Source: Bacteriovoracia bacterium
GTDB lineage: Bacteria; Bdellovibrionota; Bacteriovoracia; Bacteriovoracales; Bacteriovoracaceae
Assembly (NCBI GenBank): GCA_046570105.1
Contig: JBKHVI010000014.1
Location: 1 to 23,679, forward strand
Direction of reading: 5' to 3'
DNA: 23,679 nt
Shown here: positions 17,382-23,679 of the stretch, one piece after another
Layout: the number at the start of each line of letters is the position of its first letter
Numbering within the stretch: position 1 is the stretch's first letter
Made by a program: the position numbers and the translations under genes
The notes under the pieces: model-generated
The model's database searches: none
What the model saw: the letters and a program-made list of their open reading frames with translations, nothing else
Told to the model about the DNA's origin: nothing

Positions 17382-19352
17382 TTAGGCCGCTTCTTCTTGG
17401 TCTTCTACCTCTTTCTCGATAACCGCTGGTGCCGGTTTCGCTTGAGGATTCTTGAGTTGAGCAATGACATCGTCAGACATAATGAGCTTCTTTCGAAGCG
17501 CCTCACGTGAGATGCCCATCGATTGAGCGGCCTTAGACTTATTACCCTTATGGCGTTTGATCTCCGACATAATCATCTCACGCTCTACCAAGCAAACTCG
17601 ATCTTTAAGCGCGATAGAATGGTCGTCAGCATGAGGAATATGGTCTAACTGGCAACCGCCATGTTTCGAAGTATCAAGAATAGGTGTCGCCTTAGTTCCA
17701 ATCTCAGTGATGATATGAGTCTTTGGATTATAGAGCACCGCTTTCTCGATCGCATGCTCCATTTCACTGACGTTTCCTGGCCAGTTATATTGAGCAAACA
17801 TCTCTTTAAGTTCTGGTGAGAGTTCTTTCAGCAACAGTCCTTGCTTGCGACATTCTTTGCGAAGGAAATAAGATATTAAATCTTCCACATCGGGCTTACG
17901 CTTTCTCAACGGTTCAATGAAAATCTCTGAAGCTCCAAGATAGTGCATCAAGTCTGGATTGAATTTACCCTCTTCCGCGAGCGCTTTAAGATCTTGTGAC
18001 GATGTTGCAATCACGCGCACATCAAGACTGATGTTGCTACCTGCCACACGACGCTCTTTTAAACACGTCAGGAGTTTTTGTTGTAGGCCCAAAGGCATAT
18101 GACAAATTTCCGCAAATACCACGGTACCGCCGGTACAGGCCTCAAGTTTTTCGAAGATCTCTTGTGCCAAATTTTCTGGATCCACACCTTGGCAATTCAC
18201 CTGATGATAAGGATGGAGTCCCCGCTTACCTTCAACGTGAATGATTCGACCAAGCAGACGCTTACCGGTACCCGACTCACCTGTCACAAGTAGTGGACTA
18301 TCGATATCTTTGAGTTTCACGATTGAGCGACGGACGTCCCCGGTTGCTTGTGAGCGGCCAATCCAGGCATGCTCACGATCATACGGCGTCGAGAATCGGC
18401 GAATCAGTGATTTCTCAGAAATCGGATTGTAATTGTGAAAGACCGAAGAACAGATCAGACCAAGAACTTTCATGGTCTTTTCATCTTCAGCTGTAAAGCG
18501 ATCTTCGTTACGTTTATTAAGAATTTCAATTACGCCGATGATCTTGTCTTCACGGTTATGAATCGGTGCACAGATAATACTTTTGGTTTGAAAACCTGTC
18601 ACACGGTCGATCTCTTCCGAGAAGCGCACTTTGTCGGTTTTGCAATCAATATTCAAAGATACACCCGTGGTAAATACGCTACCGGCAATACCTTTGCGAT
18701 AATCAAATTTCAAAAGTTCTTTATCAATTCCCAACGCAGCAGCAGCTTCAAGCTCATTTGAATCAGGATTGATTAAAAAAATAGTGGCACGTTGAGCATT
18801 TAGAATACGAGTAATCTCTTCCAACATGCTTTCAATGAATTTTTCTTTGTTACCAAACTGCGTGATGTCTTTAAACAAAGACAACAACAGCGAGAACATC
18901 TCAAAGCCTTCTTCCGCCGAGGTAAAACGCTCTGTCAGAGCAAGTTGCACCAACGAATCTTTCAAACGCTCTGGTGGAAGACTGTTAATGTATTGCTCAA
19001 TAAAGCGCTTCATCTGAACAAAATCATCTTTATCTAACTCAGCACCATAGTTCATGATGCCAGAATCAGCACTCATGCCTTTAGCGTTGGAAGCGCGCAC
19101 AATCGAAGCCTGAAATTCATGACGGAAACGTTTAAATTGAATCGCACAACGAACTGATTCACCTACAGCAATTCGAGCTTCGGTCACAAAACCTAGGCCT
19201 GTCATACTGACGTCCATCAATTTCACTTTATTCAGTGGACGAAATTTTCCGTACTCGTCTTCTTGTTCCACAAGGAAGAGAACATCGTCGCGCGTTTCGA
19301 CAGGTACACGGAATGATTGGTAATATTTAAACTCAGCGAGGCTAGTCAACAT
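17382..19352 (-). CDS. PilZ-GAF-AAA+-Fis HTH regulator (degenerate sigma54-type activator)
   Basis: PilZ DVSMTG; GAF (GIAGSV, DRVTGFQTKSIICAPI, IGVIEILNK, FTAEDE); GESGTGK, DVRVIATS, PLRKR, WPGNVSE; HTH GNKSKAAQSMGISREAL. Confidence 0.88.
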   Translation of the reverse strand: MLTSLAEFKYYQSFRVPVETRDDVLFLVEQEDEYGKFRPLNKVKLMDVSMTGLGFVTEARIAVGESVRCAIQFKRFRHEFQASIVRASNAKGMSADSGIMNYGAELDKDDFVQMKRFIEQYINSLPPERLKDSLVQLALTERFTSAEEGFEMFSLLLSLFKDITQFGNKEKFIESMLEEITRILNAQRATIFLINPDSNELEAAAALGIDKELLKFDYRKGIAGSVFTTGVSLNIDCKTDKVRFSEEIDRVTGFQTKSIICAPIHNREDKIIGVIEILNKRNEDRFTAEDEKTMKVLGLICSSVFHNYNPISEKSLIRRFSTPYDREHAWIGRSQATGDVRRSIVKLKDIDSPLLVTGESGTGKRLLGRIIHVEGKRGLHPYHQVNCQGVDPENLAQEIFEKLEACTGGTVVFAEICHMPLGLQQKLLTCLKERRVAGSNISLDVRVIATSSQDLKALAEEGKFNPDLMHYLGASEIFIEPLRKRKPDVEDLISYFLRKECRKQGLLLKELSPELKEMFAQYNWPGNVSEMEHAIEKAVLYNPKTHIITEIGTKATPILDTSKHGGCQLDHIPHADDHSIALKDRVCLVEREMIMSEIKRHKGNKSKAAQSMGISREALRKKLIMSDDVIAQLKNPQAKPAPAVIEKEVEDQEEAA

Positions 19353-19385
19353 GCAGATCCCCTTTCCTCAAAATGTCTACTGCCC

Positions 19386-19414
19386 ATATCGGTTGGCAGT
19401 TCAGAAAACTTGAG
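19386..19414 (-). promoter_or_regulatory. Putative sigma28 (FliA) promoter
   Basis: Minus strand CTCAAG-N15-ACCGATAT, 33 nt upstream of the ATG at 19352; resembles the TAAAG..GCCGATAA consensus. Confidence 0.55.
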
Positions 19415-19426
19415 TAAGGCGTTTAA

Positions 19427-20269
19427 CTATCGAATAATGTGGGCAAGAAAGTCACGGGCCAAGGATCGGCCAGTGACCTGATCCAATTGTTCAAAACCAG
19501 GAACTGTATTGATGTCACTGATCACCGGACCGTTTGAACTTATCAAAATATCCAAACTCAAAAGATCAGCTATCGGATTCTTTGTGAGCTGATCAATCAA
19601 AGCACGCAACTCTTGAGGATAGGTTTTGAGTTCAGTCGCCACGCCCCCTTGCGCAAAATTGGCCACACCACTCACCCCTCTTCGCTCTAAGAGTGCCCAT
19701 GGACGCTGACCAACCAGAGTTAAGCGATATTCGGGTCCAGGGGCAAGTCGAGGTTGAATAATAAAGTCCTGATCATTCAAACGATGAAGTGTTTCAAGCC
19801 AATGAAACATATCACTCGTTTTACTAAAAAAATGCACCCCTACTCCGCGCATCCCGCGATTCATCTTAAGAACCCAGCCATGAGGCGTAAGGTGTTGCTC
19901 AGAAAACTTCTGCCAATGGGGATCGCTCTCCAAAAGTGCACGACGGTGCATAAAAAAAGGAATCGCTGGGAGATCACGCTGACTCATCCACAACGCCTGG
20001 CGCGACTTATCCCATAGTTCCTGGCGAATCTTCCAGGCATTATACTGTCGACCCCAGCGCGGCTCCTGTAATAGCGTCCAAACAAAATTATCCGCCTCCA
20101 CTGACGAAACACGATTTAAAGTTTTGTCATAAGTATGTTGAGTCAGAGGCCAGCTTATTCTTTGTTCGAGCGGATTTAAAACTTCGGCGCCACCAAACTT
20201 TTGGGCGGCCGTCAGCAGTGACTGATTTGAATAAGTCTGAGGATGTTGTGTCAAAAGACATAAACGCAT
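19427..20269 (-). CDS. RimK-like ATP-grasp ligase
   Basis: DKSRQ, VLKMNRGMRGVGV, FIIQPRL, EYRL, ANFAQGG, LDIL, SDINTVPGF. Confidence 0.82.
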   Translation of the reverse strand: MRLCLLTQHPQTYSNQSLLTAAQKFGGAEVLNPLEQRISWPLTQHTYDKTLNRVSSVEADNFVWTLLQEPRWGRQYNAWKIRQELWDKSRQALWMSQRDLPAIPFFMHRRALLESDPHWQKFSEQHLTPHGWVLKMNRGMRGVGVHFFSKTSDMFHWLETLHRLNDQDFIIQPRLAPGPEYRLTLVGQRPWALLERRGVSGVANFAQGGVATELKTYPQELRALIDQLTKNPIADLLSLDILISSNGPVISDINTVPGFEQLDQVTGRSLARDFLAHIIR

Positions 20270-20314
20270 AAGAGAATTTTACAGAGAATCCACCCCGCTC
20301 TACAATCAACACTC

Positions 20315-21271
20315 ATGATGAAATACTTACTTCTTCTCTTTTTATTCTCCTGCGCTGCGCAGATTAGGCCTGAAACAGGGTCAGAAGCTCCTGTCGCGAT
20401 AGTAGAAGTTGCGACTGAAGCTCCGCCCACGCCTCAACCCAAACCGACTCTCACTCCGGCACTCACCTCGTGGTGCGAGCGCACTGACAAAGAATTTACC
20501 CGCTATAACTGGGGCAAGAGTCGCTGCGATGAATTTAATTGGTCTCATGTGCGCAACTCTGTTGATGGCCATCCCATCGCTTGGATGGTGTTTGGCGATG
20601 AGACCACATTAGAAAATAAAAATGTCACTTTGATTATGTGTGGCGTTCACGGCGATGAAATTACACCGATAAAATTTTGCTACGACATACTTTATGATCT
20701 CAAAGACTTCCATTGGGATTTCTCTGAGCGAGTTGTGGTCGTCGCTCCCATCGTTAGCCCCGATTCATTTTTTAAGGCGCGCCCCACTCGCACCAATTCC
20801 CGCGGAGTGGACGTCAACCGTAACTTCCCAACTAAAGACTGGAGTGCGGATGCCATTCGTTTGTGGACGCAGCGACATGGTAAAGACAAGCGCCGCTTTC
20901 CAGGAAAAAGAGCATTGAGTGAACCGGAAGTCGTTTTTCAGGTGAATCTCATCAAGCGCTATAACCCCGCCAAGATTATCTCGGTGCACTCACCGCTTAT
21001 GATGTTGGATTATGATGGACCGGATTTAACCCATAAAGAGACAGGGCCTGCTAAGGATCTTTTACTTTCCATGTCGGAGAAGGCGAGCGGCTACAAAGTC
21101 TCAAACTACCCTCACTTCCCAGGTAGCTTGGGCAATTGGGCCGGACAAGAATTAGGTATTCCCACCTATACTTTAGAACTTCCCAACTCTGACCCCCATC
21201 AGAGCACCAAATACTGGCGCCAATTTCGCGAGGCAATTCATCACGCGATCGAACAGAAAGTTGGACCTTAA
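20315..21271 (+). CDS. M14 zinc carboxypeptidase lipoprotein, murein peptide amidase MpaA-like
   Basis: Lipobox LFSC, Pro-rich linker, GVHGDE, RTNSRGVDVNRNFP, SEPE, ISVHSP, PGSLGNW, TLELP. Confidence 0.88.
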   Translation: MMKYLLLLFLFSCAAQIRPETGSEAPVAIVEVATEAPPTPQPKPTLTPALTSWCERTDKEFTRYNWGKSRCDEFNWSHVRNSVDGHPIAWMVFGDETTLENKNVTLIMCGVHGDEITPIKFCYDILYDLKDFHWDFSERVVVVAPIVSPDSFFKARPTRTNSRGVDVNRNFPTKDWSADAIRLWTQRHGKDKRRFPGKRALSEPEVVFQVNLIKRYNPAKIISVHSPLMMLDYDGPDLTHKETGPAKDLLLSMSEKASGYKVSNYPHFPGSLGNWAGQELGIPTYTLELPNSDPHQSTKYWRQFREAIHHAIEQKVGP

Positions 21272-21885
21272 GTCAGAACCTTGTTTATCATCCATCCCTT
21301 CGGCCGATCTAGATAGATCAATTCATTCATTCGTCTAAATATCACTGTCATTTTCTTCTCCTTTGCCAACTTCTTTAAATCCCGCACGACTCCTAATGAT
21401 GAGTACCCGTCGACATATGCCCATTTCATTCCAGAGTGCTTTTGCTCGTTGAATAAGACGTAATGAACGGCATTTCGTGTTTCTCTTATGGAACGCAAAA
21501 CATGCAAATGATAGCGCCCCAGTTGCACCCGTCCTTTTCTCAAACCTTTAGCGATCGTCACCGTGAGGGAGCGCATGCCGCGAGTTAGGGTGGCATTGTC
21601 CTGCGCTTCAAGAATCAAATGAATGTGATTTGACTGTAACGAATAATGAATCACTCTGAGTCCCATCTTACGGGCATTGAGAATCGCCCTTTTCAAAAGA
21701 CTGAGTCCCTTTTTGTGGCGAATCATTGTGCGGTATTTGAAATTCACATGCATCGCATGTTTCATTACAACCTTCTCACGCTTGCGATGGGCGACGCCTT
21801 TGGAATGAATACGCTTTCTACCGGCCCCAGGTCTTCTGCCACCGCGTGATCCTTTGTAGAGATTGAGTTTCATTTGTTTTGCCAT
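21268..21885 (-). mobile_element. HUH (Y1) tyrosine transposase, RAYT/IS200-like
   Basis: HUH motif SNHIHLILEA, candidate catalytic Tyr in AVHYVLFN, RYH upstream, basic N-terminal RGGRRPGAGRK arm; GGAGG RBS favours the ATG at 21885. Confidence 0.85.
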
Positions 21886-21903
21886 CATGCCTCCGATTGA
21901 AAA

Positions 21904-22011
21904 AGGCATATGTCGCTCATCCTACAGATGATTGAAGAGGAGTATGTGCGAGGAAATGAGCTTTGTTTCTGATATGGAGCGAGAATGCCTAAATTTTAGA
22001 CACCATACTAA
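21904..22011. repeat. Hairpin-rich region upstream of the HUH transposase with degenerate similarity to the intergenic element
   Basis: CTCATCCT (21916-21923), TGTGCGAGGA (21945-21954), AAATTTTAGACACC..CTAA (21991-22011) in the same order as blocks A, B, C; imperfect inverted repeat AGGCAT..TCGCTC / GAGCGA..ATGCCT. Confidence 0.5.
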
Positions 22012-22105
22012 TTGCTGACCTCAAATCTTCACTTAAAAGCAAATAAACCACCCTTGGCCGGCACCCGACTTGAATATAAGACCCTCAAAAGAACGGGAGA
22101 TATTC

Positions 22106-23248
22106 ATGAAAGCACTATTGCTAGTCGCCACTTTTGCTATGACTTCTTATGCTTGGGCCAAGCCCCTCACCATGACAACAGCGGCAACTGCTCCTACCAA
22201 ACAATGTGATACTGATTCACTTGAATCATGCTTTCAAGACCGTACGAAGGCCAATCACGCCTTTGAAATGCTTCATCGTGATGAGCAAGGCAACATCAAG
22301 CGTACCAAAAAAGTCGCGCTCCTCATTCACGGTCTAAGTGACTCACCCTATTTCTATCGCGATATCGCGCAAATTCTTTTCAAACAAGGAATCAACGTCA
22401 TTGCCACTCGCACCACCGGCCATGGCACTGATAAAACTCATCTCAAAAATGTCACCAAAGAGATGTGGTATGAGGATGTGAAATTCGGCATGCAGAAGGC
22501 ACGTGAATTAGGAGATGAAATTCTTCTAGGTGGAATGAGTCTTGGGGGTGCTTTGGTATTACGGGAAGCACTTATAAACAAAGATGTTAAAGGACTGCTC
22601 CTTTTCTCACCTGCTTACAAACTACCTAAAGACTTTAACAACACTTGTCGCTTGGAAAACCGTTTGCAGCGCCCCTTTATTAGATTAGTAGGTCGTATCG
22701 CGGGCCTTGATACCGACGATTACCAAGCGAAAAAAGAATTTGGCGTTGATGTGCGCTACCAAGGCATTCATAACAACGGCACTTGTGAATTGATTCATGT
22801 GAATAAAGAAATCGAAAAAATTGCCCGCAAGCAAGTCGGCAAAAAAGCTGAACTCTTCTCAAATCTTGATATCCCTATATTTAACGTCATCAGCGAATAC
22901 GATACAGCGATTGATTTGCCTTATGTCAGCTCACTTTCAAAAAATGCTAAATCAAATGAGCGCGGACTTTCTCACTTGGTGGTGTATTCAAAAGCAGAGG
23001 CCACTCCAGGTCTTATCAATGAAGCTCGTGTGACTTTTAGAAAAAATGTTCCCTGTATGCGCCACGCTTCGGTGTTGCTGCGTCCATCAGTTGAAATGAA
23101 TTATGTGGAAGCCAAATGTGAATTTACCACACCAGAAGAGATTAAACTTTTTAACTCCGAGAGCAAATACGACTTCACCCCTGAAATCAATTTTGAATTT
23201 GATTTCATGGAAGAAAAATTGGTTGAATTTATTGAGCAGCTTCCTTAG
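22106..23248 (+). CDS. Secreted alpha/beta hydrolase (esterase/lipase-like)
   Basis: Signal peptide from ATG 22106 (GGAGA RBS), LIHGLSDSP, GHGT, nucleophile GMSLG, candidate Asp (EYDTAID) and His (MRHAS). Confidence 0.85.
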   Translation: MKALLLVATFAMTSYAWAKPLTMTTAATAPTKQCDTDSLESCFQDRTKANHAFEMLHRDEQGNIKRTKKVALLIHGLSDSPYFYRDIAQILFKQGINVIATRTTGHGTDKTHLKNVTKEMWYEDVKFGMQKARELGDEILLGGMSLGGALVLREALINKDVKGLLLFSPAYKLPKDFNNTCRLENRLQRPFIRLVGRIAGLDTDDYQAKKEFGVDVRYQGIHNNGTCELIHVNKEIEKIARKQVGKKAELFSNLDIPIFNVISEYDTAIDLPYVSSLSKNAKSNERGLSHLVVYSKAEATPGLINEARVTFRKNVPCMRHASVLLRPSVEMNYVEAKCEFTTPEEIKLFNSESKYDFTPEINFEFDFMEEKLVEFIEQLP

Positions 23249-23679
23249 TTTGTCTTCGATGGTGAGGGCAATGCCTTCACCATCACAAGTGGCAGGATGA
23301 CGGCTACAGCACCGATGCCATAACTAACACTCGCCCCAAAACGCCAATAAATCAGACTCGCGCCAATCGGACCCAATACGCGTCCCAAAGATCCAAGACC
23401 TCTGAATTGTCCCAAGGCGCGGCCCTGCTCCTGAGCAGGAGAATAAAGTGACACAAGACTCGTCAGACAAGGAATCACCATCGCAGAGCCGACGGCCAAG
23501 AAGAAGAGACCAAAATAGAGAAGCCAAATTTGTGATGAGTAACCAATCAATAACAATCCTGGAATGATGGCAACCAATCCTTGCACCGCCATTTTCGCTT
23601 CACCCACAGTGTGAGCTTTACGGCGAACGTAGCCCCCTTGCACCATCGCAATCCAGAAACCGATAAAGACAAACATCTT
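23245..23679 (-). CDS. MFS transporter (TetA-like), C-terminal part
   Basis: Hydrophobic helices, PCLTSLVS..EQGRALG..SLGRVLGP motif; 5' truncated by window edge. Confidence 0.85.
   Translation of the reverse strand, partial: KMFVFIGFWIAMVQGGYVRRKAHTVGEAKMAVQGLVAIIPGLLLIGYSSQIWLLYFGLFFLAVGSAMVIPCLTSLVSLYSPAQEQGRALGQFRGLGSLGRVLGPIGASLIYWRFGASVSYGIGAVAVILPLVMVKALPSPSKTN

Overview
AT-leaning bacterial chromosomal window, densely coding and mostly on the minus strand. Gene content suggests a predatory Bdellovibrionota/Bacteriovoracia-like organism (inference): mitochondrial-EF-G1-like fusA, cdaA-cdaR-glmM-pdxJ-nnr-tsaE, a FliG-C/MORN protein and a GGxRxGAGR-type Y1 transposase. Housekeeping genes: mltA, GNAT, CCA-family nucleotidyltransferase, LysR, stand-alone fusA, CheY-like receiver, iscS and an Rrf2 regulator, tsaE, nnr, pdxJ, glmM, cdaR, cdaA, a degenerate PilZ-GAF-AAA+ regulator, RimK-like ligase, MpaA-like peptidase, alpha/beta hydrolase and a partial MFS. 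The most notable non-coding signal is a ~158-bp intergenic element present twice (4267-4424, 11226-11384). It has four conserved blocks separated by fixed-length variable spacers (26/13/28-29 nt), an internal hairpin, and terminal inverted arms that differ in sequence between copies yet pair within each copy. A degenerate relative of the same blocks lies directly upstream of a RAYT-like HUH (Y1) transposase gene (21268-21885). This suggests an undescribed HUH-transposase plus structured repeat (DNA or ncRNA) system; that link is inferred, not proven.
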